Origin: an uncultured Clostridia bacterium
Lineage (GTDB): Bacteria > Bacillota > Clostridia > Oscillospirales > Acutalibacteraceae
Assembly (NCBI GenBank): GCA_944384855.1
Contig: CALWUY010000041.1
Coordinates: 1,786 to 65,785 of the forward strand
DNA length: 64,000 nucleotides
Reading direction: 5' to 3'
This document shows, piece after piece, positions 1-10,206 of the stretch. Numbering within the stretch: position 1 is the first letter of the stretch; each line of letters opens with the position of its first letter. Under the pieces are notes generated by a model. It worked only from the letters and a program-made list of their open reading frames with translations. It had not been told where the DNA came from and did not search any database. The translations under genes were made by a program, and so were the position numbers.

Positions 1-33
1 ATATAATACTACATTTTATACGGAGTTTCAATT

Positions 34-1017
34 ATGAAGAAAGAGATACTGCAATCCTGTCCTCCGGTAATAAGGGACTTTTTGACCTACAATGAAGCAA
101 TCAAAGGTAAATCGTCACGCTCGGTTGAAGGATACTACCTTGATTTGCAGACGTTTTTCAGGTATATCATTTCTGTCAGGGGACTTACAGACAAGGATAC
201 GGAATTTGAAAAAATTGACATATCTTCCGTAAATATAGATCTTATTAAAACTATAACCGTTTCGGACCTCTATGCGTTTATGGTATTCTGCAAAAACGAA
301 CGCTCAAACAATACTGCTACCAGGGCAAGAAAAACCTCCACTCTCCGTATATTCTTCAAGTACCTTTCTTCTCAGACTCATCAAATCGATGAAAATCCTG
401 CGCTTATGCTCGAAACGCCCAAAGTCAAACAAAGCCTTCCGAAGCATCTGACGCTCGAAGATTCTCTTGAACTTTTAAATTCGGTAGACGGCAAAAATAA
501 ACAGCGGGACTACTGCATATTAACGCTTTTTCTGAACTGCGGACTGCGGCTCGCGGAGCTTTGCTCCTTAAACCTTAACGATATATCAAGCGAAAATACT
601 CTTACGGTCACCGGAAAAGGCAACAAGGAAAGAATGATTTATCTGAATGAGGCATGTCAGTCGGCTATAAAAAACTATCTTGCTGTCCGTCCGGCAGAGG
701 GACTGCCCGTATCGGAAAGAAACGCTCTGTTCATAAGCCGCAACCACAGACGGATAAGCCATAAAACCGTTCAGCATATAGTGAAAACATACCTTGAAAA
801 GTCAGGTCTGGGAAATATGGGATTTTCCACGCATAAACTCAGGCATACGGCGGCTACGCTTATGTACCAGCACGGAGATGTGGATATCAGGGTGCTGAAA
901 GACATATTGGGACACTCTAACTTAGGCACGACTCAAATTTACACCCACGTTTCCGACAAGCAAATCAAAAAAGCCGCGGAAGCTAATCCGCTTGCCGGTA
1001 TAAAGCAGAAAAAATAA
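34..1017 (+). CDS. tyrosine site-specific recombinase, XerC/XerD family
   Basis: 327-aa ORF. C-terminal catalytic signature is present: GLRLAEL (Arg), HKLRHTAAT (His-x-x-Arg), LGHSNLGTTQIYTHV (His, Tyr nucleophile). Confidence 0.85.
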   Translation: MKKEILQSCPPVIRDFLTYNEAIKGKSSRSVEGYYLDLQTFFRYIISVRGLTDKDTEFEKIDISSVNIDLIKTITVSDLYAFMVFCKNERSNNTATRARKTSTLRIFFKYLSSQTHQIDENPALMLETPKVKQSLPKHLTLEDSLELLNSVDGKNKQRDYCILTLFLNCGLRLAELCSLNLNDISSENTLTVTGKGNKERMIYLNEACQSAIKNYLAVRPAEGLPVSERNALFISRNHRRISHKTVQHIVKTYLEKSGLGNMGFSTHKLRHTAATLMYQHGDVDIRVLKDILGHSNLGTTQIYTHVSDKQIKKAAEANPLAGIKQKK

Positions 1018-1088
1018 TATATTCCTCTTGAAATAATGTGAATTTGTGTTAAAATTATGTGTGTATATATTTTTAAAGGAGTCTTAAA

Positions 1089-1661
1089 ATGAAAAAGGAA
1101 GTATTAGTTGAAATTTCTGCCCGTCATGTTCATCTTTCACGCGAGCATCTCGATATCCTTTTCGGAAAAGGATATGAGCTGACAAACAAGAAAAATCTTT
1201 CACAGCCGGGACAGTTTGCATGTGAAGAAAAAGTCACGGTTGTCGGAAGCAAGAGCTCGCTGAAGGCTTCGATATTAGGACCGGTACGCTCAAAAACCCA
1301 GGTAGAGCTTTCTCTTACCGACGCGCGTTCAATAGGCGTAACCGCTCCGATAAGAGAATCGGGTGACATAAAGGGAAGCGGCGCCTGTAAAATTATAGGC
1401 CCGCAGGGAGAAATAGAAATTACCGAAGGTGTAATCGCCGCCAAAAGACATGTACATATGACTGTTGCCGACGGTGAAAAATACGGCATTAAAGACAAAC
1501 AGATTTTAACCGTTAAAATTCCCACAGCGGACAGATCCCTTATTTTCGGCGATGTTGTAGCCAGAGTAAGTGATAAATATGCGCTGGCTATGCATATTGA
1601 TACCGACGAGGCAAACGCGGCGCTCGTTCCGGGAAGCTGCATAGGTGAAATCCTTGACTGA
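1089..1661 (+). CDS. pduL: PduL-type phosphate acyltransferase with no N-terminal extension
   Basis: Two PduL repeats are visible (EISARHVHLS..., AAKRHVHM...) plus the QPGQFAC motif. GGAG lies upstream of the ATG. It is a paralog of 14318..14962. Confidence 0.85.
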   Translation: MKKEVLVEISARHVHLSREHLDILFGKGYELTNKKNLSQPGQFACEEKVTVVGSKSSLKASILGPVRSKTQVELSLTDARSIGVTAPIRESGDIKGSGACKIIGPQGEIEITEGVIAAKRHVHMTVADGEKYGIKDKQILTVKIPTADRSLIFGDVVARVSDKYALAMHIDTDEANAALVPGSCIGEILD

Positions 1662-2766
1662 TAAGGCAGGACTTTATTTACATATCCCGTTTTGCGTGAA
1701 AAAATGTAAATACTGCGATTTTTATTCCGCCTTTCCGGGCGGCGGACTGCTTGACAGATATACCGAAGCGCTTACAGAAAGCATAAAAAAATGGGGCGGC
1801 AGATTTCGCCGTCCCATTAATACTGTATATTTAGGCGGAGGAACACCTTCGCTTTTAAAAGAGCGCCTGGTTCCTTTATTGTCGGAAGTTTATAAAGCTT
1901 TCAATGTGACAGACGGCGCTGAAATCACTTTAGAATTAAATCCCGGCGCAGATGCGGAAAACGTCTTGAAATATGCAAAATCCGCCGGAATAAACCGATT
2001 ATCTGTAGGCATGCAAAGCGGTATAGATTCACAGCTTGAAATCTTAGGCAGAACACACACCTGCGCAGATACCGTAAACACGGTAAAGCTTGCAAGAAAT
2101 ATGGGGTTTGACAACATTTCACTTGATATTATGATAGGGCTTCCGTTTTCTGACGTCGAAACATTAAATAAAAGCTTAAGCCTTCTAAAAGAGCTTTCGC
2201 CGGAGCACATTTCAGCTTACCTGCTTAAAATTGAGGAAAATACCGTTTTTTACCGTGAAAAGGAAAAACTGAGTCTGCCGGATGATGACAACTCTGCCGA
2301 GCAATACCTGACTGTATGCGGTTTTCTAAAGGAAAACGGATACATACATTATGAAATTTCAAATTTCTGTAAAAAAGGCTTTGAAAGCCGCCACAATATT
2401 AAATACTGGAAAGGTCAGGAATATCTGGGTATAGGTCCTTCGGCTCATTCTTATTTTGACGGCAGGCGATGTTATTATCCCCGTGATCTCAAAGCGTTTT
2501 TAAAGGGAAACGAGCCTGTATACGAAGGTGAAGGCGGTACTAAAGACGAATATATAATGCTGGGGCTGCGTCTCAGTGAAGGTATATCGTTATCGGAATT
2601 CGAGGAGAAATTCAGGCGCCCGATACCCGAAAAGTTTATCGAAAAATGCAGGCTTTTCAATAACGTCGGATACGTTAATTCAGGCGCTGACCGGATAAGT
2701 CTTACCGAAAGAGGAATGCTGCTGAGCAATTCAATTATAACCGAACTTCTGGAGTGTATAGAATGA
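1645..2766 (+). CDS. hemW: radical SAM heme chaperone HemW (HemN-like, oxygen-independent coproporphyrinogen oxidase family)
   Basis: CxxxCxxC radical SAM motif (CVKKCKYCDF), followed by GGGTPS. The GTG start overlaps the pduL 3' end by 17 nt. Confidence 0.85.
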   Translation: MKSLTDKAGLYLHIPFCVKKCKYCDFYSAFPGGGLLDRYTEALTESIKKWGGRFRRPINTVYLGGGTPSLLKERLVPLLSEVYKAFNVTDGAEITLELNPGADAENVLKYAKSAGINRLSVGMQSGIDSQLEILGRTHTCADTVNTVKLARNMGFDNISLDIMIGLPFSDVETLNKSLSLLKELSPEHISAYLLKIEENTVFYREKEKLSLPDDDNSAEQYLTVCGFLKENGYIHYEISNFCKKGFESRHNIKYWKGQEYLGIGPSAHSYFDGRRCYYPRDLKAFLKGNEPVYEGEGGTKDEYIMLGLRLSEGISLSEFEEKFRRPIPEKFIEKCRLFNNVGYVNSGADRISLTERGMLLSNSIITELLECIE

Positions 2767-3368
2767 AAACATTTAAAATACATCTTATACGTCACGGCGC
2801 GACTGATGCCAATATTTTAGGACAGTACATCGGCTGCAAAACCGATATACCGCTTTCGCCCGAAGGTCTCAACGAACTGCGTCTTCTGGCGGATAGCATT
2901 GAATATCCCGAAGTGGATGCGGTTTACTCAAGTCCGCTGCTGCGCTGCAGGCAGACTGCGGCTGTGCTCTATCCCGACAAAAAAATAATACCGGTAAATA
3001 ATCTGAGAGAATACGATTTCGGAAGTTTTGAGGGAAAAACTGCCGCAGAACTTGAAGGAAATCCGTATTTTAAGCCGTGGGCAGCGGGAAAAATTTCGGC
3101 TCCGCCAGGAGGAGAAGAAAATTCCGAATTTATAAAAAGGCTTTGTATAGGGCTGAACGAAATCGTGTACGATATGTCCGACAAAGATCTGAGCGAAACC
3201 GCGGTTATAATGCACGGCGGAGCTATTATGATGCTGCTCGGAGCTACGGCGGTTCCCCATCATAAACCTGTTGAATGGACCGCAGACAACGGCAGGGGAT
3301 ATTCTATTCTTGTGACCCCTTCGCTTTATCAGAAAAGCGGTATTGTCGAAGCGTACGGTATAATTTAA
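2763..3368 (+). CDS. histidine phosphatase family protein (phosphoglycerate mutase-like)
   Basis: RHG motif (IHLIRHGATDAN). The ATG at 2763 overlaps the hemW TGA (ATGA). The ORF track starts it at 2754. Confidence 0.8.
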   Translation: MKTFKIHLIRHGATDANILGQYIGCKTDIPLSPEGLNELRLLADSIEYPEVDAVYSSPLLRCRQTAAVLYPDKKIIPVNNLREYDFGSFEGKTAAELEGNPYFKPWAAGKISAPPGGEENSEFIKRLCIGLNEIVYDMSDKDLSETAVIMHGGAIMMLLGATAVPHHKPVEWTADNGRGYSILVTPSLYQKSGIVEAYGII

Positions 3369-3411
3369 ATTTCTTCTCGATAAGTATGTATACTTTATTT
3401 GACGCAACTGT

Positions 3412-3680
3412 TTAATTAATGTCTACTGAATAATTGCATTAGCAAATGCAATTATATAAAATCGAGTTAAAATCTCGATTTTATGGGTCAAAACCTTTGT
3501 TTTGACCGTCAGTATCCATTGATTGTCGCCTGATTTTAAAAAGAATCAAAATGTGATTCTTTTTAAAGTGCAAGGTTTTTTCGCAAAATTGCGCAAAAAC
3601 CTTGCACCTGAACAATTCAAAAGTTTACACCAACATGCTTGGTTAAGGTACTTTTGAATTGTTCAGCAGGCATTAATTAT
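3412..3680. repeat. array of six consecutive perfect stem-loops bracketed by an imperfect outer inverted repeat
   Basis: Hand-paired stems: 3431-3440/3445-3454 (10 bp); 3456-3466/3474-3484 (11 bp); 3486-3494/3499-3507 (9 bp); 3535-3547/3555-3567 (13 bp); 3568-3580/3595-3607 (13 bp, plus inner cgcaa/ttgcg); 3608-3624/3650-3666 (17 bp, plus inner accaa/ttggt). Outer inverted repeat: TTAATTAATGTCTACTG / CAGCAGGCATTAATTAT. Confidence 0.8.
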
Positions 3681-3705
3681 AATAAAATTGACGGAGGTAA
3701 AATTT

Positions 3706-4395
3706 ATGTCTTCTTTAGAGAAAAACACAGTTCCTTCTTACAACCAGCTGAAAGACGCGCCGTCTTGCTATACATTAAATCCGGACGGTAAAGGTATACG
3801 GGTATTATTTGTCGGAAATTCAATAACACTGCACGGCATAGCCGAAGAAATCGGCTGGAACCATTTCTGCGGTATGGCGGCATCGGCGCCGGAAAAAGAT
3901 TATGTGCATTTATGTATGAATGCCTTTTTAAATTATGACAGCGAAGCTACCTTTGCTATAGCTCAGATTGCAGACTGGGAACGCGAGTTTAAAAACGGAA
4001 GCGAACTGCTTAACAACTATAAGGTGTGCAGAGACTTCAATGCCGACGTTATAATATGCCGAATCATAGAGAACTGCCCCGGCAAAGACTTTGACTGCCA
4101 GGTATTTAAACGGGAATATAAAGCTATGCTTGACTTTTTCAATAAAAGCGGTAAAGCGCATATAATTCTTACAACAGGATTTTGGCGCCATCCGGGAGAC
4201 TGCGCAATTAAAGAAACTTCGGAGGACTTAAAACTAACCCTTGTAGATTTAGGCGATCTCGGAGAAGATGACAGCATGAAAGCCGTAGGCGAATATGAAC
4301 ACGGCGGCGTAGCCCAGCACCCTAATGACAACGGCATGGCGCATATTGCCCAAAGAATAATCGACGCGCTTAAAAGTGACGGTATTTTAAAATAG
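3706..4395 (+). CDS. SGNH/GDSL-type hydrolase (esterase)
   Basis: Block I-like VLFVGNSITLHG and C-terminal HPNDNGMAHIA (D-x-x-H type). GGAGG lies 8 nt upstream of the ATG at 3706. The track starts at TTG 3688. Confidence 0.65.
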   Translation: MSSLEKNTVPSYNQLKDAPSCYTLNPDGKGIRVLFVGNSITLHGIAEEIGWNHFCGMAASAPEKDYVHLCMNAFLNYDSEATFAIAQIADWEREFKNGSELLNNYKVCRDFNADVIICRIIENCPGKDFDCQVFKREYKAMLDFFNKSGKAHIILTTGFWRHPGDCAIKETSEDLKLTLVDLGDLGEDDSMKAVGEYEHGGVAQHPNDNGMAHIAQRIIDALKSDGILK

Positions 4396-4403
4396 GAAGA
4401 ATT

Positions 4404-5918
4404 ATGAGTTTAAATATATATCCTCTGACCGAGATTGAATATTCCTGTAAAAATTATAATATAAAAATCAACGGTATTGATGCAACGCCTGATACAGCGA
4501 GAGTTTCCGCAAAGCCTTATAACAGACGCTGGCCGGGACATCAGCGTACGCTTGACCAGACTGAACTTGTAAACTTTATATCACTTTCCGCGGATGAACC
4601 TTTGGATTTTGAAATTACGCCTGCAGAAAAATTCGAAAAAGTTGAAATAAGGCCCGCATCTTTAGGAATTATCCCTGAAGTAAAGGATGGAGTTATTCGC
4701 TTCAAATTGGAAAAACCGGCCTATTTCACGGTAGAGCCTTATTCCAGGCATAACGCGCTGCATATTTTTGTCGACCCGGTATCGGACTATGATATTAATT
4801 TTAAAAACGAAAATGTCATTTATTACGGCAGGGGCATTCACGAAGCCGGTATGATCACGCTTAAAAGCAATCAGACATTGTTTATCGACGAGGGTGCTGT
4901 GGTTTATGCCTGCGTCAGCGCTGCCGACGCTGAAAATATTAAAATTTTAGGCAGAGGCATTTTGGACAACAGTCATAATAAAGCCGAAATTTTATTTGAA
5001 GCGAATGCCGAAGATAACAAATCGGCAATAAACAATGCCAGGCGCATACATACCATTCAGCTTGAATACTGTAAAAATGTCTGTATTGAGGGCATTACCA
5101 TAAGAGATTCTTTGGTTTATAATATTCGTCCCATAGGCTGTGAAAACTTTTCTGTTAAAAACGTAAAGCTAATCGGAAACTGGCGGTACAATTCTGACGG
5201 AATTGATATGCACAACTGCGTTAATGTTGATATTGATAATTGCTTCATACGCACATTTGACGATTGTATTTGCGTTAAAGGATTCGACTGCTACTACGAA
5301 GGCGATGTCGAAGAACAGGTTAAAAACGCAATGTACCGCAACGGGAAAAAATACGATATATTCAGAAATGTCCGTGTACATAACTGTACTATATGGAACG
5401 ACTGGGGAAAATGTCTTGAAATCGGCGCTGAGACCCGTGCCGAAGAAATATTTGATATTGTATTTGAAAACTGCGATATAATTCATGTTCAGGGCGCGCC
5501 TCTCGACTGTTACAATATCGACTATGCCGATGTGCACGACATTATTTACCGCAATATCAATATTCAATATGACGATGTCAATCCGCAAGCGGTTTATCAG
5601 TATAAAAACAATGAAAAATATGAAAATTTAGTAAATGATTACAACAGCTTTCCTCCTCTTATCCGTGTAGATGTAAGCTACCATTTTGAATATTCCGCGT
5701 CAGGCGCTAAAAGGGGAAAAAATCATGATATAATATTTGAAAACATACATCTTTCAGCCAGACAGCCTGTTAAAATCGAGTTTTACGGTTATGACTCGGA
5801 ACACAAGACAAAAAATGTTACAGTCAAGGATTTATATTACAACGGTAAAAAAATCACTGAGCTGCCGAAAGAATACTTCGTAAAGAACGAATTCTGCGAA
5901 AATATTAAGCTTATTTAA
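4404..5918 (+). CDS. glycoside hydrolase family 28-like protein (right-handed beta-helix, polygalacturonase/rhamnogalacturonase-like)
   Basis: NSDGIDMHNC (NTDG-like) followed by FIRTFDDCICVK (DD motif). The periodic I/V-x-N pattern is typical of pectin-lyase-fold proteins. Confidence 0.6.
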   Translation: MSLNIYPLTEIEYSCKNYNIKINGIDATPDTARVSAKPYNRRWPGHQRTLDQTELVNFISLSADEPLDFEITPAEKFEKVEIRPASLGIIPEVKDGVIRFKLEKPAYFTVEPYSRHNALHIFVDPVSDYDINFKNENVIYYGRGIHEAGMITLKSNQTLFIDEGAVVYACVSAADAENIKILGRGILDNSHNKAEILFEANAEDNKSAINNARRIHTIQLEYCKNVCIEGITIRDSLVYNIRPIGCENFSVKNVKLIGNWRYNSDGIDMHNCVNVDIDNCFIRTFDDCICVKGFDCYYEGDVEEQVKNAMYRNGKKYDIFRNVRVHNCTIWNDWGKCLEIGAETRAEEIFDIVFENCDIIHVQGAPLDCYNIDYADVHDIIYRNINIQYDDVNPQAVYQYKNNEKYENLVNDYNSFPPLIRVDVSYHFEYSASGAKRGKNHDIIFENIHLSARQPVKIEFYGYDSEHKTKNVTVKDLYYNGKKITELPKEYFVKNEFCENIKLI

Positions 5919-5932
5919 TCAATATAAACAAT

Positions 5933-5972
5933 AAAAAAGAAAGTTTCCTGATATCAGGAAACTTTCTTTTTT
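5933..5972. terminator. bidirectional intrinsic terminator (40-nt perfect palindrome)
   Basis: aaaaaagaaagtttcctgat|atcaggaaactttctttttt lies between convergent genes, with an A-run on one side and a T-run on the other. Confidence 0.85.
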
Positions 5973-6031
5973 AATATCGTCAGCCTGTAAAAGCTGAAAT
6001 GTAAACCGGTTATTTTGTATCATAAACCAAA

Positions 6032-7513
6032 TCAATTATGATAAAGCTTTTTGGTCTGATATTTCGGTTCAAAAGTTATGTTTACTCCCAATTTTCTGAA
6101 AACATTTTCATCCACGCGCGAAAGTATGACCGTAGAATGTGCTTCAAGACCCTTAAGCTTTGAAGCCTGCTCCAGAGCCTTTTTAGCGTAATCACTCGTG
6201 GCGGCGCATATTGAAAGCGCGATTAATATTTCATCTGTATGAAGTCTCGGATTATGATTTCCCATAATATTAATTTTCAGTTTTTGGATAGGCTCGATAA
6301 TTGTAGGTGAAATTAGATTTATTTCATCTGGTATTCCCGCCAAAACCTTAAGACAGTTAAGCAGAAGAGACGATGATGCGCCTAAAAGGCTCGAGGTTTT
6401 TCCGGTAATTATAGTACCGTCGCTCAGTTCCAGCGCGACGGCAGGCATTCCGGTATCTTCTGCTTTTCGGAGCGCCGCCGCCACTACCGGACGGTCTTCT
6501 GTACCTACATGAGCCTGCTTCATAAGCAGTTCTATCTTTGCCACATCCGACTGCTCGCCCATTCCCTGACGCACATTTACAAGCTCGGCATAGTATCTGC
6601 GTATGATTTCCTGTTTTGCCGCCTGCCTTACAACCTCGTCATCACAAATCGCAAATCCCGCCATATTAACTCCCATATCGGTGGGACTTTTGTACGGAGA
6701 TTCTCCGAGTATCCCTTCAAGCATAGCGCTAAGCACCGGAAATATCTCAATATCCCTGTTATAGTTTACCGCCGTCTCAGAATAGGCTTCAAGATGGAAC
6801 GGATCTATCATGTTCACATCGTTTAAATCGGCGGTAGCGGCCTCATAAGCTATGTTTACAGGGTGCTTAAGCGGAATACTCCATATCGGAAATGTTTCAA
6901 ATTTGGCATACCCGGCCTTGACCCCGCGTTTATGCTCATGATAAAGCTGTGACAGACAGGTAGCCATTTTACCGCTTCCCGGTCCCGGGGCCGTAACCAC
7001 AACCAGTTTGCGGTCGGTTTTGATAAAATCATTTTTACCGAAGCCTTCCTCGCTTATTATATACGAAATATTTGAAGGATAATCATTTATCGGATAATGA
7101 CGGTAGGTTTTTATTCCCAATGAATTCAGTCTTTTCTCAAAAGCTTCCGCCAGAGGCTGACCCGTATAGCGTGTAATGACCACACTGCCTACATAAAGTC
7201 CTATCCCCCTGAAGGCGTCTATAAGGCGCAGCGTATCAAGATCGTATGTGATACCCAAATCTCCTCTGCGCTTGTTTTTCTCTATCGCATCGGCATTTAT
7301 AACTATCACTATTTCAGCGTCATCTTTAAGCTGAAGCAGCATTTTTACCTTGGCGTCCGGCTGAAAACCGGGTAAAACTCTTGACGCATGATAATCATCA
7401 AACAGTTTTCCGCCGAATTCCAGATAAAGTTTTCCCCCGAATTCCGCTATTCTGTCTCTTATTTTCTGTGACTGCAGCTTTATATATTTTTCGTTACCAA
7501 AACCTATTTTCAT
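6032..7513 (-). CDS. DUF1846 / UPF0371 family protein
   Basis: The N-terminus MKIGFGNEKYIKLQSQKI and the roughly 495-aa length are typical of UPF0371. The ATG at 7513 has GGGGAAAA upstream. The track starts at TTG 7528. Confidence 0.75.
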   Translation of the reverse strand: MKIGFGNEKYIKLQSQKIRDRIAEFGGKLYLEFGGKLFDDYHASRVLPGFQPDAKVKMLLQLKDDAEIVIVINADAIEKNKRRGDLGITYDLDTLRLIDAFRGIGLYVGSVVITRYTGQPLAEAFEKRLNSLGIKTYRHYPINDYPSNISYIISEEGFGKNDFIKTDRKLVVVTAPGPGSGKMATCLSQLYHEHKRGVKAGYAKFETFPIWSIPLKHPVNIAYEAATADLNDVNMIDPFHLEAYSETAVNYNRDIEIFPVLSAMLEGILGESPYKSPTDMGVNMAGFAICDDEVVRQAAKQEIIRRYYAELVNVRQGMGEQSDVAKIELLMKQAHVGTEDRPVVAAALRKAEDTGMPAVALELSDGTIITGKTSSLLGASSSLLLNCLKVLAGIPDEINLISPTIIEPIQKLKINIMGNHNPRLHTDEILIALSICAATSDYAKKALEQASKLKGLEAHSTVILSRVDENVFRKLGVNITFEPKYQTKKLYHN

Positions 7514-7559
7514 TTCCGTTTTCCCCAAATTCCCGTATGCTGTGATATTTAACCGTGTA

Positions 7560-8390
7560 TTATTCCTTATCGTTTAAATATTCAATATATTCCTCCAGAC
7601 ACATATCAAGCCTGTTTATTTCCCTCGCCGTATCAATTCCGACAAACCGCCAGTGCCAAGGTTCGCTGATTACACCCGTAATTTCCTGCTTGTCCTCAGT
7701 ATAACGCAGTATAAACCCATAATCTTCTGCGTTTTCCGTTAACCATTTATACGCGTCGGTCGTTTTAAACGAATCCTGAACCGAATTTATATCCAACGCA
7801 AGACCCGTGTGATGCTCGCTGGTTCCCGGACGCGCCACTACAGTAGCCGCTTCCTTTTCCGCCGCAGCCCTGTCAAGTCCTTTGTCCATCTCCCTCTGCA
7901 CCTGAGCGTTATACAGCTGCTCCTGTGTCTCATACGAACGATATGGTGACCATACCCCTATATCTATACCTTCTGCCCTGGCATCATCAAGCATTGCTTT
8001 GAGATAAGGCCACATATTCTTATCGATTTGAGTGAGCGAACCTTTTATATACTCCTGAGGAATCGTAGTCAGGTTTCTCTCGTAATCATAATCTTCAGGC
8101 AAAGGATTGTTTCCGTTCACAAGCAGCAGCTCACTGTATTCTGTGTCAAAGGTCGCCGCGCTGCCCGCTCCAGGCTCTACCGGATCCGGTTCCACGTCAC
8201 TCTGTTCAGACATATCCTGAGAAGATATTTCCGAGGAGCTCTGATTCTGAGTGTCGTTATCACTGTCTTTTGAAAATACCGATACCAATGTGAATATTAT
8301 AACTGACGCTACAAGTATAAAAATCACCGTAAATAATCCGATATATATTCTTCTTAACATTATACGCCTTTTTCTTTCTCTTCTATCCAT
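7560..8390 (-). CDS. D-alanyl-D-alanine carboxypeptidase, VanY / peptidase M15B family, membrane anchored
   Basis: SEHHTGLALDI and EPWHWRF zinc-site motifs, with an N-terminal TM helix. The ATG at 8390 follows AGAGGTAG. The track start at 8411 would overlap lepA. Confidence 0.8.
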   Translation of the reverse strand: MDRRERKRRIMLRRIYIGLFTVIFILVASVIIFTLVSVFSKDSDNDTQNQSSSEISSQDMSEQSDVEPDPVEPGAGSAATFDTEYSELLLVNGNNPLPEDYDYERNLTTIPQEYIKGSLTQIDKNMWPYLKAMLDDARAEGIDIGVWSPYRSYETQEQLYNAQVQREMDKGLDRAAAEKEAATVVARPGTSEHHTGLALDINSVQDSFKTTDAYKWLTENAEDYGFILRYTEDKQEITGVISEPWHWRFVGIDTAREINRLDMCLEEYIEYLNDKE

Positions 8391-8400
8391 ATTTCTACCT

Positions 8401-10206
8401 CTATTCGTCAAGTTTCAATACTGCCATAAACGCTTCCTGAGGTACTTCTACCGTTCCGAGTTTCCTCATGCGCTTTTTGCCTTCCTTCTGTTTTTCAAGA
8501 AGCTTTTTCTTACGTGTAATATCTCCGCCGTAACACTTCGCGAGCACGTCTTTACGCAGTGCCTTAACCGTTTCCCTGGCGATTATTTTACCGGAAACCG
8601 CAACCTGAACAGGCACTTCAAACAACTGTCTCGGAATATATTCCTTTAGCTTTTCGGCAATTTTACGCGCCCGGTTATACGCGTTATCCGAATAAACTAT
8701 AAATGAAAGCGCGTCTACAATATCTCCCGCCAGCATTACGTCAAGTTTTACAAGCTTTGATTTTTCATAGCCTTTCATTTCATAGTCATAGCTTGCGTAA
8801 CCTTTTGTCCTGGATTTAAGCGCGTCAAAAAAGTCATACACTATCTCTCCCATAGGCATTATATAGTGTATATCAACACGGTCTCCCATATACTTCATAT
8901 CGGTATAGATCCCGCGTCTTTCTTCGCAAAGCTGCATAATGGTGCCTACGTAATCGCTCGGACTGTAAATATGCACGTCCGCCACAGGCTCGAGCGCTTC
9001 GGCTATAACGGCAGGATCGGGATAATTTGTAGGATTGTCCACCGTTACGGTTTCTCCTGTCGTCAAAACAAATTTATATTCCACACTCGGAGCAGTTGTT
9101 ACAAGATCAAGATTGTATTCCCTTTCAAGCCTTTCCTGTATTATCTCCATGTGTAAAAGGCCCAAAAATCCGCACCGAAAGCCGAATCCCAGCGCATTTG
9201 AGCTTTCCGGCTCAAAAAGCAGTGAAGCATCATTGAGCTGAAGCTTGTCCAATGCCTCGCGCAAATCAGGATATTTGGCGCCGTCAGCCGGATAAATTCC
9301 GCAGAATACCACCGGATTTACCTTTCTGTAACCGTCAAGCGCCTTTTCCGCCGGACATTCGGCCAACGTGACAGTATCTCCTACCCGTGCTTCGCTCACT
9401 GTCTTTATCGACGCCGAAAGATATCCTACCTCTCCCGCTTCCAGAACATCACACTGTTCTAAGCTCGTAGCCCTTTTTCTGCCGATTTCCACAATGTCAA
9501 ATTCCGCTCCGGTCGCCATCATTCTGATACGGTCACCGGTTTTTATTTTTCCGCTTACTACTCTGAAATAAACCACAACGCCTTTATACGGATCGTAATA
9601 CGAATCGAATATCAGCGCAGTAAGCGGAGCGTTTCTGTCTCCCTTGGGAGCCGGAAACTCCGTTACTATCTTTTCTAAGACTTCTTCTATATTGATTCCC
9701 GTCTTTGCAGATATCATCGGAGCGTTATCTGCAGGAATGCCGATTATATCCTCTATTTCGGCTTTTACCCTCTCAGGTTCAGCCGACGGAAGATCTATCT
9801 TATTTATCACCGGCAGAATTTCAAGTCCGTGATCAACCGCAAGATATGTGTTTGCCAGCGTCTGAGCCTCGATTCCCTGTGAGGCATCAACTATCAGCAC
9901 TGCTCCCTCACAGGCCGCAAGCGCCCTTGAGACTTCATAGTTAAAATCGACATGTCCCGGAGTATCTATCAGATTAAGTTCATATTCAAGTCCGTCAGCC
10001 GCGGTATAATAAAGCGTTACCGCATGAGCCTTAATTGTAATGCCGCGCTCTCTCTCAAGATCCATACTGTCAAGTATCTGATCCTCCATATCGCGCTCCG
10101 ACACGGATTTGGTAAGTTCCAGCAGTCTGTCTGCGAGAGTGGATTTGCCATGGTCAATATGTGCTACAATACAAAAATTTCTTATCCTGTCAAGCGGAAA
10201 CGACAT
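8401..10206 (-). CDS. lepA: translation elongation factor 4 (LepA)
   Basis: [23 protein letters not shown]1 motif, [13 protein letters not shown] and the characteristic LepA C-terminal domain. 601 aa. Confidence 0.97.
   Translation of the reverse strand: MSFPLDRIRNFCIVAHIDHGKSTLADRLLELTKSVSERDMEDQILDSMDLERERGITIKAHAVTLYYTAADGLEYELNLIDTPGHVDFNYEVSRALAACEGAVLIVDASQGIEAQTLANTYLAVDHGLEILPVINKIDLPSAEPERVKAEIEDIIGIPADNAPMISAKTGINIEEVLEKIVTEFPAPKGDRNAPLTALIFDSYYDPYKGVVVYFRVVSGKIKTGDRIRMMATGAEFDIVEIGRKRATSLEQCDVLEAGEVGYLSASIKTVSEARVGDTVTLAECPAEKALDGYRKVNPVVFCGIYPADGAKYPDLREALDKLQLNDASLLFEPESSNALGFGFRCGFLGLLHMEIIQERLEREYNLDLVTTAPSVEYKFVLTTGETVTVDNPTNYPDPAVIAEALEPVADVHIYSPSDYVGTIMQLCEERRGIYTDMKYMGDRVDIHYIMPMGEIVYDFFDALKSRTKGYASYDYEMKGYEKSKLVKLDVMLAGDIVDALSFIVYSDNAYNRARKIAEKLKEYIPRQLFEVPVQVAVSGKIIARETVKALRKDVLAKCYGGDITRKKKLLEKQKEGKKRMRKLGTVEVPQEAFMAVLKLDE

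Noticed and set aside
34-1017. The tyrosine recombinase as a marker of an integrated mobile element or phage.
   Set aside because: No flanking direct repeats, tRNA target, phage, conjugation or transposition genes lie nearby. The neighbours are housekeeping genes, so it looks like a chromosomal Xer-type recombinase. The left flank is outside the window, so this cannot be fully excluded.
1130-1642. A 170-aa ORF antisense to pduL. Similar long antisense ORFs occur elsewhere, for example 12561..13064 opposite rplL, 29011..29553 opposite the ABC NBD, 39971..40474 opposite nnr and 53063..53823 opposite the ABC gene.
   Set aside because: These are shadow ORFs lying entirely inside well-supported genes on the other strand. 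They have no RBS, a low-complexity or biased composition, and no recognisable motifs.
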